Source: an uncultured Gemmatimonadales bacterium | GTDB lineage: Bacteria > Gemmatimonadota > Gemmatimonadetes > Longimicrobiales > Longimicrobiaceae | DNA length: 64,000 nt | NCBI GenBank assembly: GCA_963716255.1 | Contig: OY970303.1 | Span: 8,256,001 to 8,320,000 of the forward strand | Reading direction: 5' to 3' | Shown here: in pieces, positions 20,658 to 29,460 of the stretch | Layout of the letters: every line of letters starts with the position of its first letter | Numbering within the stretch: position 1 is the stretch's first letter | Position numbers and translations under genes: made by a program | Notes under the pieces: model-generated | Told to the model about the DNA's origin: nothing | Seen by the model: only the letters and a program-made list of their open reading frames with translations | Database searches by the model: none

Positions 20658-20693
20658 ACGCCGGAAAAGATAGCCGGCCCCGGCCCCGCGGCG

Positions 20694-21371
20694 CTACTTC
20701 CCCGCCCCGGCCGCCTCCCGCAGCGCGCGGAGGTTGTGCGCCACCCCGGCGCGGCGGTTGTACACCGCCGACCCCGCCACCACCACGGTGGCCCCGGCTC
20801 CCACCACCTCCGCGATGGTGTCCGGCGCGACGCCTCCGTCCACCTGCAGCTCCACCTCCCCGCCCCGCCCCAGCGCGTCGATCATCGCCCGCACCCGTGC
20901 GATCTTCGCGGTGCTGGTGGGGATGTACGACTGTCCCCCGAAGCCGGGATTCACCGACATCACCAGCACCAGGTCCACGTAGGGAAGGATCTCCGCGAGC
21001 GAGTCCACGGGCGTGGCCGGGTTCAGCGTGACCCCCGCCTTCGCGCCCAGTTCGCGGATCTGCTGCACCGTGCGGTGCAGGTGCGGGCACGTTTCCACGT
21101 GCACCGTCAGGTAGTCCGCACCCGCCTTCGCGAACGCCTCCAGGTAGCGCTCGGGGTGCTCGATCATCAGGTGCACGTCCACGGGGAGGCGCGTGGAGCG
21201 CCGCGCCGCCTCCGCGATCAGCGGCCCGATGGTGATGTTGGGGACGAAGTGGCCGTCCATCACGTCCACGTGGATCCAGTCCGCCCCCCCCTCCTCCGCC
21301 TCCCGGATCTGCTCGCCCAGCCGCGCGAAGTCGGCGGACAGGATCGACGGGGCGATCTTCACCGCGCTCAC
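20694..21371 (-). CDS. rpe: Ribulose-phosphate 3-epimerase
   Basis: IAPSILSADF, HVDVMDGHFVPN, DVHLMI, MSVNPGFGGQ, VDGG; GTG start overlaps the rpiA stop. Confidence 0.97.
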   Translation of the reverse strand: MSAVKIAPSILSADFARLGEQIREAEEGGADWIHVDVMDGHFVPNITIGPLIAEAARRSTRLPVDVHLMIEHPERYLEAFAKAGADYLTVHVETCPHLHRTVQQIRELGAKAGVTLNPATPVDSLAEILPYVDLVLVMSVNPGFGGQSYIPTSTAKIARVRAMIDALGRGGEVELQVDGGVAPDTIAEVVGAGATVVVAGSAVYNRRAGVAHNLRALREAAGAGK

Positions 21372-22078
21372 CGCCCGCCCTCCCGCTCCACCACCCGCAC
21401 GCCTCCCGGTCCCGCCACCACCACCGCCGAGGCCAGCCCCAGGAACAGCCCGTTCTCCATCACCCCCACGCGGCCGTCCAGGCGCGCCTCCAGTCCCTCC
21501 GGGTCGTCGATCCCCCCGGGGAAGCGGCAGTCGAAGATCAGGTTGCCGCCGTCGGTGACGAGCGGGTCGCCGCCGGGGCCGGGGCGCAGCGTGGGCTCCG
21601 CGCCCAGCGAGCGCAGGAAGGCCGGCTGGGTCGCGGCGCCGAAGGGATCCACCTCCACCGGGAGCGGCGAGCGCGTCCCCAGCTTCGCCACCACCTTGGA
21701 CTCGTCCACGATGATCACCAGCCGCCGCGAGGCCACGGCGACGATCTTCTCGCGCAGGAGCGCCCCCCCCAGCCCCTTGATCAGGCGGAGCTCCGGGTCC
21801 ACCTCGTCCGCCCCGTCGATCGTCAGGTCCACCTGGGGCGCCTCGTCGAGCGTGCGCAGCGGGATCCCCAGCTCGCGGGCGCGCGCCGCCGTCTGCTCCG
21901 AGGTGGGGACGCCGACGATGGAGCCCCACTCGCCCGCCGCGCGCCGCTCCGCCAGGTGATCCAGGAGGTGGCGGACGGTGGAGCCCGTGCCCAGCCCCAC
22001 GGTCATCCCGTCGCGGATCCACTCCGCGGCGCGCTCGGCCGCCCTCCGCTTCAACGACTCCGCCGTCCCTGTCTGCAC
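21368..22078 (-). CDS. rpiA: Ribose-5-phosphate isomerase A
   Basis: GLGTGST, DGADEVD, IKGLGGALLREK. Confidence 0.97.
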   Translation of the reverse strand: MQTGTAESLKRRAAERAAEWIRDGMTVGLGTGSTVRHLLDHLAERRAAGEWGSIVGVPTSEQTAARARELGIPLRTLDEAPQVDLTIDGADEVDPELRLIKGLGGALLREKIVAVASRRLVIIVDESKVVAKLGTRSPLPVEVDPFGAATQPAFLRSLGAEPTLRPGPGGDPLVTDGGNLIFDCRFPGGIDDPEGLEARLDGRVGVMENGLFLGLASAVVVAGPGGVRVVEREGGR

Positions 22079-22178
22079 GTGCTCTCTCGCGTTCCGGGGT
22101 TTCCGCCACGCGGCCGGTCCGCCGCCGGGCGGGGAAAATGTAGCATCCTCCGCCCCGCCGTGCGAGGACGCAAAGGAA

Positions 22179-22206
22179 GAGGGGCCCCCGTTGCCGGGGA
22201 CCCCTC
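22179..22206 (-). terminator. Terminator-like hairpin after OMP paralog 1
   Basis: GAGGGGCCCCCG-TTGC-CGGGGACCCCTC; the same hairpin occurs at 23813-23842. Confidence 0.6.
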
Positions 22207-22238
22207 CTCGTCCTTCTCAGGTCCAGCCAGGGGAGAGC

Positions 22239-23426
22239 TTACCCGCGGACACCGCGGGCAGGCACCTCGTACTGGTAGGGCTGGAACTCGCACCCGGGCC
22301 GCACCGGGATGTAGACCACGTCCGGAGTGCCCGTGGCGCTCGCGTCCGTGAACACCCCCACGCCCTGGTAGTCGCTCGTCCGCGTCACGTCCGTCACCGA
22401 GACCACCCGCGGCAGACCGAACTTGACGTAGCGGCGGCCACCGATGGTGAGCGGCTCGTTGTTGATGTACCAGGTCGAGCCGGCCGCGTAGCCGGTCGTG
22501 GCCGGGTACGCCATGGCGAAGGCCTGACCGGCGACCATGGTGTCACCCGTGGCCGGGTTGTACATCGCCTCCACCTCGCGCAGCGCCGTCCCTTCCACCA
22601 CGCACACCCGGATCGCCTGCATGGACGGCGCCTCGATGACGGCCGGGGGCGGCGGGGGCGGAGCGACCGGCGGAACCATGATCTCCTCGGGCGCCGAGCC
22701 GCCGAAGCCGAACTTCAGGCCCAGCACCGCGCGGGGCGTGAAGGCGAACTTGTCCTGCGACGTCTGCTCGTTGTACACGTGCGCCGGCGAATCGTAGCCG
22801 TGCACCGCCACCTCGCCGAAGATCCCCATCCCGCTGCTCAGCGACAGGAGGTCGAAGCCCACGCCGATGTTGCCCTGGCCGACCGACGCGTACTCCGGGT
22901 CCTGCGAGAGGCAGATCCCCGCCGGGCGGTAGGCGCTCACGCAGGGGAAGCCCACCCCGCCCGGAGGCGTCGGGTTCCCGGCGATGTTGGTGGTCAGGCC
23001 GCCGCCGCCCAGGAACAGGTACGGGTTGGCGAGGAAGCTGCCCACCGTGGAGCTCAGGAACGCGGGCCGGAAGACAAGGTCCAGGTCGTACAGCCAGTTG
23101 TTCATCACGTACTCGTCGTCACCGTCCTCGAAGCCCGCGTCCGAATCCGCCTGCGGGAGCTGCGTGGGGAAGTACGCGCCGTGGATACGCACGCCGAACC
23201 CCGGGGTGGCCCAGTAGGTGGCCGCGGCCCCGAAGATCGGCCCGAAGCCGACCTGGTACCCCTCGTCGTTGATCTCGAACCAGCTGCTCGTCCATGACCC
23301 TCCCGCGTAGATCCCGAGGTCGAACACCGGGGGACGCCCGGGCGTCATCTCCTGAGCGACCGCGTCCGCTCCCGTCCCCGCCAGCGCAGCGGCAGCCACC
23401 AGGGCGGATGTCACCAATTTCTTCAT
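22239..23426 (-). CDS. Outer-membrane beta-barrel protein with Pro-rich linker and unknown C-terminal domain (paralog 1)
   Basis: Signal peptide MKKLV...AVAQ; amphipathic strands (PYLFLGGGG, GIFGEV, LGLKFGF); poly-Pro linker; GAGGA RBS. Confidence 0.75.
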   Translation of the reverse strand: MKKLVTSALVAAAALAGTGADAVAQEMTPGRPPVFDLGIYAGGSWTSSWFEINDEGYQVGFGPIFGAAATYWATPGFGVRIHGAYFPTQLPQADSDAGFEDGDDEYVMNNWLYDLDLVFRPAFLSSTVGSFLANPYLFLGGGGLTTNIAGNPTPPGGVGFPCVSAYRPAGICLSQDPEYASVGQGNIGVGFDLLSLSSGMGIFGEVAVHGYDSPAHVYNEQTSQDKFAFTPRAVLGLKFGFGGSAPEEIMVPPVAPPPPPPAVIEAPSMQAIRVCVVEGTALREVEAMYNPATGDTMVAGQAFAMAYPATTGYAAGSTWYINNEPLTIGGRRYVKFGLPRVVSVTDVTRTSDYQGVGVFTDASATGTPDVVYIPVRPGCEFQPYQYEVPARGVRG

Positions 23427-23727
23427 CGAGTCCTCTCCAGACTGGGTGATAGGAACTTTTCTTCCCACCGGGGAAGAGGTCCTTCGAAGCGGCGCATGTT
23501 CAAGAACAATGCCAGAGCCCTCACTCCGGGGCGCGCCTGCTTCTCGTACCATCTGTTTGTGCGCTTCACCTCCCTGACCGAAGGAGTTGCGGTTCCGCGT
23601 CCGTGCATCGTCTGGATCGTGGACACGCTTCCGGCCCGTGCCGCCCCGGTATGACAAACCGGCGCGCCCGTCTCCAGGCGCTCTCCGCGGCAGCGCGGGC
23701 CCGGTCAAGTTGGCATGTGTGGACAGG

Positions 23728-23742
23728 GCAGGTACCGTGCCA
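23728..23742 (-). promoter_or_regulatory. Putative sigma54 (-24/-12) promoter for OMP paralog 1
   Basis: Reverse complement TGGCACG-GTAC-CTGC, exact GG-N10-GC spacing. Confidence 0.55.
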
Positions 23743-23812
23743 CTCTCCCGAAAACGAGCCGGGAAAGCCCGGCCGGCCTCGCTTCCGCCACGCCGCGGGG
23801 ACGCATGAAAGC

Positions 23813-23842
23813 GGAGGGGCCCCCGTTGCCGGGGACCCCTCC
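23813..23842 (-). terminator. Terminator-like hairpin after OMP paralog 2
   Basis: GGAGGGGCCCCCG-TTGC-CGGGGACCCCTCC, followed on the minus strand by GCTTT. Confidence 0.6.
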
Positions 23843-23871
23843 TCATCCTCCAGGTCCAGCCAGGCGAGAGC

Positions 23872-25056
23872 TTACCCGCGGACGCCGCGGGCGGGCACTT
23901 CGTACTGGTAGGGCTGGAACTCGCACCCGGGCCGCACCGGGACGTAGACCACGTCCGGAGTGCCCGTGGCCGTCGACTCCGTGAACACGCCCACGCCCTG
24001 GTACTCGTTCGTGCGCGTCACCTCCGTCGACCCCACCACCCGCGGCAGGCCGAACTTGACGTAGCGGCGGCCACCGATGGTGAGCGGCTCGTTGTTGATG
24101 TACCAGGTCGAGCCGGCCGCGTAGCCGGTCGTGGCCGGGTACGCCATGGCGAAGGCCTGACCGGCGACCATGGTGTCACCCGTGGCCGGGTTGTACATCG
24201 CCTCCACCTCGCGCAGCGCCGTTCCCTCCACCACGCACACCCGGATCGCCTGCATCTCCGGGGCGGCCGGCGGGGGCGGAAGCACCGCGGGCGGCGGCGG
24301 CACGACCTCCGGCGCGGGCGGCGGCGGCAGGATGTCGCCGAACATGAACTTCAGCCCCAGGCTGGCGCGGGGCGTGAAGGCGAACTTGTCCTGCGCCGTG
24401 TTCTCGTTGTACACGTGGGCCGGCGAGTCGTAGCCGTGCACCGCCAGCTCGCCGAAGATCCCGAGCCCCGAGGAGATGGGGAACAGGTCCACGCCCGCGC
24501 CGAGCACGCCCTGGCCGACCGACGCGTACTCCGGGTCCTGCGAGAGGCAGATCCCCGCCGGGCGGTAGGCGCTCACGCAGGGGAAGCCCACCCCGCCCGG
24601 AGGCGTCGGGTTCCCGGCGATGTTGGTGGTCAGGCCGCCGCCGCCCAGGAAGAAGTAGACGGAGCTCATCGTCGGCGAGCCGGCGCTGAAGAAGAAGGGC
24701 CGGAAAACCAGATCCAGGTCGTACAGCCAGTTGTTCATCTCGTACTCGTCCCCGCCGTCCTCGAAGCCCGCGTCCGAATCCGCCTGGGGGAGCTGCGTGG
24801 GGAAGTACGCCCCGTGCAGCCGGACGCCGAAGCTGGGGCTCGCCCAGTACGTCGCCGCCGCCCCGAAGATGGGACCGAACCCGACCTGGTACCCCTCGTC
24901 GCCGATCTCGAACCAGCTGGTCGTCCAGGATCCACCCGCGTAGATGCCGAGGTCGAACAGAGAGGCCCTGCGCCCCATCATGTCCTGCGCCTGCACCTGC
25001 GTCGCACCCACCGCCAGACCGGCGGCCACCGCTGCCACGCTCAGTATTCTTCTCAT
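23872..25056 (-). CDS. Outer-membrane beta-barrel protein with Pro-rich linker and unknown C-terminal domain (paralog 2)
   Basis: Signal peptide MRRILS...VQAQ; long stretches identical to paralog 1. Confidence 0.75.
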   Translation of the reverse strand: MRRILSVAAVAAGLAVGATQVQAQDMMGRRASLFDLGIYAGGSWTTSWFEIGDEGYQVGFGPIFGAAATYWASPSFGVRLHGAYFPTQLPQADSDAGFEDGGDEYEMNNWLYDLDLVFRPFFFSAGSPTMSSVYFFLGGGGLTTNIAGNPTPPGGVGFPCVSAYRPAGICLSQDPEYASVGQGVLGAGVDLFPISSGLGIFGELAVHGYDSPAHVYNENTAQDKFAFTPRASLGLKFMFGDILPPPPAPEVVPPPPAVLPPPPAAPEMQAIRVCVVEGTALREVEAMYNPATGDTMVAGQAFAMAYPATTGYAAGSTWYINNEPLTIGGRRYVKFGLPRVVGSTEVTRTNEYQGVGVFTESTATGTPDVVYVPVRPGCEFQPYQYEVPARGVRG

Positions 25057-25300
25057 CTGAGTCCTCTCCAGACCAGAGGTTTGGAGCCGCCGACTCCCTT
25101 GACGAAGGGCGGTCCCCCGACTGGCAGGCCGCACCGGGCCTGCCCTTCCCGACCACACATCACGGGTCTCCCATGGACCCGCACGAGAGCATCACGAGCC
25201 GTGCGACCTCCTTGTTCGGGTGAAGGCCGGCCCGGTGCCGGCCCGCTGCGCCGTCCCGCTCCCTCCGGACCCCCGGGCGGCGCCGCGTCCCCGCCGCGGC

Positions 25301-25780
25301 TCACGAGGGCGGCGTCAGGAACGCGGCCAGGATCGCGCCGAGCGCCGCGCCGTACACCACGTGCCCCACGGCGACCCCCACCGGCGTCCACCGCCCCCAC
25401 GCCATGCCGAAGCGTCCCGGGGGCGGAAGAAAACCGGATCGAACACAAGCACTAATCGTACCAAGGACCGGGAGGGCGGCCACCGCCGCGGCCCCGTGCA
25501 CCAGCCCCAGCAGCGCTCCGCCCCCCAGCGACACCCCCCCGGCCTGACGCAGCACCGACGCGTACAGCCACGCCACCGCGGTGGAGCCCAGCACGAAGAG
25601 CAGCACCAGCCCCAGGCTCTCGGTGAGCGGGAGCCGCGGGTTGCGCAGGAACAGGCACCCCAGCTGCGACGAGGGGCTGAACTGCGTGAGCCCGAAGGCC
25701 CTGAGCAACCAGAAGAAGGCCGCGGCGAGGGTGGTGGCCACGAGCCCCGCCCACAGGATCGCGCTCCAGGTGATCGTCAT
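25301..25780 (-). CDS. Hypothetical membrane protein (about 4 TM)
   Basis: Hydrophobic helices, GLVHG and GHVVYGA..G motifs; GC-rich codon usage; start uncertain. Confidence 0.65.
   Translation of the reverse strand: MTITWSAILWAGLVATTLAAAFFWLLRAFGLTQFSPSSQLGCLFLRNPRLPLTESLGLVLLFVLGSTAVAWLYASVLRQAGGVSLGGGALLGLVHGAAAVAALPVLGTISACVRSGFLPPPGRFGMAWGRWTPVGVAVGHVVYGAALGAILAAFLTPPS
25449..25463 (-). promoter_or_regulatory. Putative sigma54 promoter for OMP paralog 2, embedded in the upstream CDS
   Basis: Reverse complement TGGTACG-ATTA-GTGC(T), GG-N10-GC, inside a run of T/A-ending codons. Confidence 0.5.
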
Positions 25781-25872
25781 CCGGCGTGTCCGGGGTGCGG
25801 GTCGGCAGGGAGCGGGGACGCGGCTCCCCCGGCGAGCACGTCGCGCGGGGGAGCCGGTTCGGTCTCATGCGA

Positions 25873-26592
25873 TCAGGGGAGGGGCTCGGCGCCCGCGGGG
25901 AGGGCCCCGGAGACCGGCGAGTCGGCGAGCTTCCCGGAGACCGGCGGCTCGGCCAGCCGCCGTCCCTCCCGCACGTGCGACAGCGCGGGGAGCACCTCGT
26001 CCGCGACCGTCCGCAGCGACCGGTTGAAGATCACGTCCGAGACGCCGTCGGGGATGGACATGGTCTCCAGGTACAGCTCCACCGCCTCCGCGAGCGACAC
26101 CTCCTCCGACAGCGCCTTGGCGAAGATCAGCGAGTTCTCCACGTGCGTGGCGAACAGGTCGTCCTCCGCCCGCGCCGCGGCCAGGTTGATGCGGTGGCGC
26201 AGGTCCTCCTGCACGCGCCCGCGGATGCGGCGCCGCACCCGCGAGAACACCGCGTCGAAGCGGCCGCCCGCTCCCCGGTCCTCCGGCTCCTCCTCGCGGT
26301 CGGCCGAGTCGGCCATGGCGTCCAGGTCCAGCTCCGCCACCTCGGGGAGCCCCGAGCGCCGCCCGATCGCCGCCAGCGAGCGGCTCCCCACGTTGCGCGA
26401 CTGCTCCGGGTTGAGCCGGAGGATGCGGACGTAGATGTCGAGGGCGGAGTCGAAGGGGAGCTGGTCGGACACCAGGTCCACCAGCGCGAGGACGTGCCGT
26501 ACGTGCGTGGCGAGGAGCCGCTCCTGGCAGACCGCCGTGGTGAGGTCCACCTGCCGCTGCAGCGCGCGCGACGTGTTCCGATTCAGTGCCAC
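25873..26592 (-). CDS. Hypothetical protein with an internal two-fold repeat
   Basis: GTG start after GGAGGT RBS; two similar helical halves, each with L.ATHV...L...S......A...Y. Confidence 0.7.
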   Translation of the reverse strand: MALNRNTSRALQRQVDLTTAVCQERLLATHVRHVLALVDLVSDQLPFDSALDIYVRILRLNPEQSRNVGSRSLAAIGRRSGLPEVAELDLDAMADSADREEEPEDRGAGGRFDAVFSRVRRRIRGRVQEDLRHRINLAAARAEDDLFATHVENSLIFAKALSEEVSLAEAVELYLETMSIPDGVSDVIFNRSLRTVADEVLPALSHVREGRRLAEPPVSGKLADSPVSGALPAGAEPLP

Positions 26593-26713
26593 CTTACGCC
26601 ACCTCCCCTGTGTATCCGTCGTGACCGGACGTGCCGATTCGTGTCGCTCCCGGGCCCCGGATCTAGCAAGTTCCATTCCCCGTTCCGGACCGGACGGACC
26701 GACGGCGGGGTTT

Positions 26714-26840
26714 GGGCGTGCCCCCGCTGGCGCGGGGTCGGGCTGCGGCTCCGTAGCACACGAAACAACCGTGTGCAACGGAGGCGAGCCCCGGGAAACT
26801 GCCCCCGGGTCTCGCCGCTTCGCGCTCGCATCCCTCACGC
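26714..26840 (-). repeat. Structured ~130-bp dispersed repeat, Flavo-1-like (copy A)
   Basis: Reverse complement GCGTGAGGGAT...AGCCCGACCCC...GGGGCACGCCC; nearly identical to copy D. Confidence 0.85.
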
Positions 26841-26867
26841 AGGCATCGCGCTGGCGTCCGCGGGGCA

Positions 26868-26901
26868 CAAAACAAAAACGGACCGCGAAGCGCGGTCCGT
26901 T
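26868..26901 (-). terminator. Rho-independent terminator of secG
   Basis: Reverse complement AACGGACCGCG-CTT-CGCGGTCCGTT followed by TTTGTTTTG. Confidence 0.8.
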
Positions 26902-26926
26902 CTCGGGGGTCTGCCTTCCGTGCGCG

Positions 26927-27370
26927 TTACTGCTTGGGCGCGGGGGCCGGGGTCTGCGTCGCCGGGGCGGCCGCGCCGCCCGCGGGCGCCGTGGCCGGCG
27001 CCGTGCCGGCCGCCGGGGTGGCGGCGCCGGGGGCCGGGGTCACGCCCGGAACCGCGGGGGCGGCGCCGGTGCCCAGCGGCGGGGCCGCGGCGGGCTGCGT
27101 CGCCTGGCCGCCGCGGATCACCGAGGAGCGCCGCTCCCCGCGGCCGGTGGACAGGATGGAGAGCGCCAGCGCCAGCACCAGGAACGCCCCGCCGCACCAC
27201 CAGCTCGCCTTGGTCAGCAGCGTCGCCGCCTGGCGGCCGCCGAACAGGGTGTCCGTTCCGGCGCCGCCGCCCATCGCCGCGAGGCCGCCCCCCTTGCCCG
27301 CCTGGAGCAGGACGACGGGAATGAGCAGCAGGGCGTCCAGGATCAGCAGGGCCAGGAGGAAGTAGTACAC
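26927..27370 (-). CDS. secG: Preprotein translocase subunit SecG
   Basis: VLLQAGKGGGLAA.GGG....LFG......LTK; downstream of tpiA. Confidence 0.92.
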   Translation of the reverse strand: MYYFLLALLILDALLLIPVVLLQAGKGGGLAAMGGGAGTDTLFGGRQAATLLTKASWWCGGAFLVLALALSILSTGRGERRSSVIRGGQATQPAAAPPLGTGAAPAVPGVTPAPGAATPAAGTAPATAPAGGAAAPATQTPAPAPKQ

Positions 27371-27407
27371 GGGTACGCGCGGTTGGAGGGGTTCGCCGGA
27401 AACCTAA

Positions 27408-27435
27408 AAGCTACGATTCCGCGCCGCCCTGTCAA
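27408..27435 (-). promoter_or_regulatory. Putative sigma70 promoter of secG
   Basis: TTGACA-N16-TAGCTT. Confidence 0.55.
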
Positions 27436-28199
27436 CCCATGGCCGTGCAGATGGCCGCGAAGCCCGCCGGGTCCAGGCTCGCGCCGCCCACCAGGACCCC
27501 GTCCACCTCCGGCGCCGCGAGCAGCTCGCGTGCGTTCTCCGGCTTGACGCTCCCCCCGTACAGGATGGGCACCGCCGCGGCCCCCGCCTCCCCGAACGCC
27601 TCGCGCAGCCGCGCCCGCACCTCCGCGTGCATGACCGCCGCGTCCTCCGGCGTCGCCGTCGCCCCCGTGCCGATGGCCCACACCGGCTCGTACGCCACCA
27701 GCAGCCGCGCCGCGTCCTCCGCGGAAAGGCCGGGGAGCACCGCGTCCAGTTGCTCCCGCACCGTGGCCTCCGCGCGGCCGGCGCGCCGCTCCTCGATCTT
27801 CTCGCCCACGCACAGCACCGGGCGAAGCCCCGCGTCCAGCGCCGCCCTCACCTTGCGCGCGGTGTCCTCCGGCGTCTCGCCGAAGACGTGGCGCCGCTCG
27901 CTGTGCCCCACCAGCACCAGCGACGCCCCCGCGTCCGCGGCCATGGGCGCCGACACCTGCCCGGTGAAGGCGCCCTGCGTCTCCCAGTACACGTCCTGCA
28001 CGCCCAGCAGCACGTCCGCGCGCTCCGCCGTGCCCTGCCGCGCAGCGTCCAGCGACACCGCCGGCGGAAAGAAGACCACCGTGCGGTCGCCGTGCTCCGG
28101 GTACGCCGACAGGAAGGCGGAGAAGAAGGCCCGCGTCTCCGTGGGGCCCTTGAACATCTTCCAGTTCCCGGCCAGCACCGGCCGGCGGAGCGCGCTCAC
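27432..28199 (-). CDS. tpiA: Triosephosphate isomerase
   Basis: AGNWKM, GHSERR, AYEPVWAIGTG, YGGSV, LVGGASL. Confidence 0.98.
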   Translation of the reverse strand: MSALRRPVLAGNWKMFKGPTETRAFFSAFLSAYPEHGDRTVVFFPPAVSLDAARQGTAERADVLLGVQDVYWETQGAFTGQVSAPMAADAGASLVLVGHSERRHVFGETPEDTARKVRAALDAGLRPVLCVGEKIEERRAGRAEATVREQLDAVLPGLSAEDAARLLVAYEPVWAIGTGATATPEDAAVMHAEVRARLREAFGEAGAAAVPILYGGSVKPENARELLAAPEVDGVLVGGASLDPAGFAAICTAMG

Positions 28200-29416
28200 G
28201 CGCCCCTCCGCTCGGAGAGCGCCGCCACGCCGGGGAGCGTCTTCCCTTCCAGAAACTCCAGCGATGCCCCGCCGCCCGTGGACACGTGCGAGATGCGCTC
28301 CGCCAGCCCCAGCTCGGCCACCGCCGCCGCCGAGTCGCCGCCGCCCACCACCGTGGTCGCCCCGCGGTCGGTGGCCTCCGCCACGGCGCGGGCCACGCCC
28401 TCCGTGCCCCGTGCGAACTCCGGGATCTCGAACACGCCCATGGGCCCGTTCCAGAGCACCGTCATCGCCCCCGCCAGCACCTCACGGTACGCGTCGGTGG
28501 TGCGCGGCCCCACGTCCAGCACCGAGCGGTCCCCGGGGATCGCCTCGCGCCCCACGACGACGGTCTCCTGCCCGGCCTCCATCCTTGCCGCGACCACGCA
28601 GTCGGTCGGCAGCACCAGCTTGTCGCCGGAGGTGCGGAGCAGCTCGGCCGCCAGCTCCACCCGGTCGTCCTCCACCAGCGAAGTCCCGGTCCCGAGCCCC
28701 ATGGCGCGGAAGAAGGTGTTCGCCATCGCCCCGCCGATCAGCAGGTGGTCCACCCTGGGCAGCAGGTTCTGGATGACGTCGATCTTGCCGGAGATCTTGG
28801 CCCCGCCGATGATGGCGACGAAGGGCCGCCCGGGGTTCTCCACCACCGTTCCCAGGTACTCCAGCTCCTTTTCCATCAGCAGCCCCGCCGCGGCCGGGCG
28901 GCCCTGCTCCCTCATCACCTCGGCCACGCCGGCGGTGGAGGCGTGCGCCCGGTGCGCCGCCCCGAAGGCGTCGTTGACGTACAGGTCGCCCAGCGCGGCC
29001 ATCTGCCGCGCCAGCTCCATGTCGTTCTTTTCCTCGCCGGGGAGGTAGCGGGTGTTCTCCAGCACCAGCACGTCGCCGTCGCCCAGCGCGCGGATGGCCT
29101 GCTCCGCCTGCCCGCCCACGGTCTCGCCCACGAACTCCACCTTCCTGTCCGGCATCAGCTCCCGGAGCCGCAGCGCCGCCGGCCGCAGCGACATCTCGGG
29201 CACGGGCTTTCCCTTGGGCCGTCCGAAGTGGGCCAGGATCACCACCCGTGCGCCCGTTCCGGTGAGCAGCTCCAGGGTGGGGAGGGTGGCCTGGATGCGC
29301 GTGTCGTCGGTGATCTCCAGGCGCTCGTCCAGCGGCACGTTGTAGTCCACGCGCAGGAGGACGCGCTTCCCCTTCAGGTCGCTCTCACCCAGGTCCCGCA
29401 GCGTCAGCTTGTTCAT
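28196..29416 (-). CDS. pgk: Phosphoglycerate kinase
   Basis: RVDYNVP, HFGRP, NDAFGAAHRAHAS, GGAKISGKI, STGGGASLE; start MNKLTL. Confidence 0.98.
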   Translation of the reverse strand: MNKLTLRDLGESDLKGKRVLLRVDYNVPLDERLEITDDTRIQATLPTLELLTGTGARVVILAHFGRPKGKPVPEMSLRPAALRLRELMPDRKVEFVGETVGGQAEQAIRALGDGDVLVLENTRYLPGEEKNDMELARQMAALGDLYVNDAFGAAHRAHASTAGVAEVMREQGRPAAAGLLMEKELEYLGTVVENPGRPFVAIIGGAKISGKIDVIQNLLPRVDHLLIGGAMANTFFRAMGLGTGTSLVEDDRVELAAELLRTSGDKLVLPTDCVVAARMEAGQETVVVGREAIPGDRSVLDVGPRTTDAYREVLAGAMTVLWNGPMGVFEIPEFARGTEGVARAVAEATDRGATTVVGGGDSAAAVAELGLAERISHVSTGGGASLEFLEGKTLPGVAALSERRGA

Positions 29417-29460
29417 CGTTGTCGTCGGAGAGTGGTTCTTCGTGTCGGGTCGGGGTCCGT

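Noticed and set aside
25057..25085. Glycine riboswitch (CTGGAGAG-like word before both OMP genes)
   Set aside because: The word is simply the RBS region; no other aptamer elements were seen.
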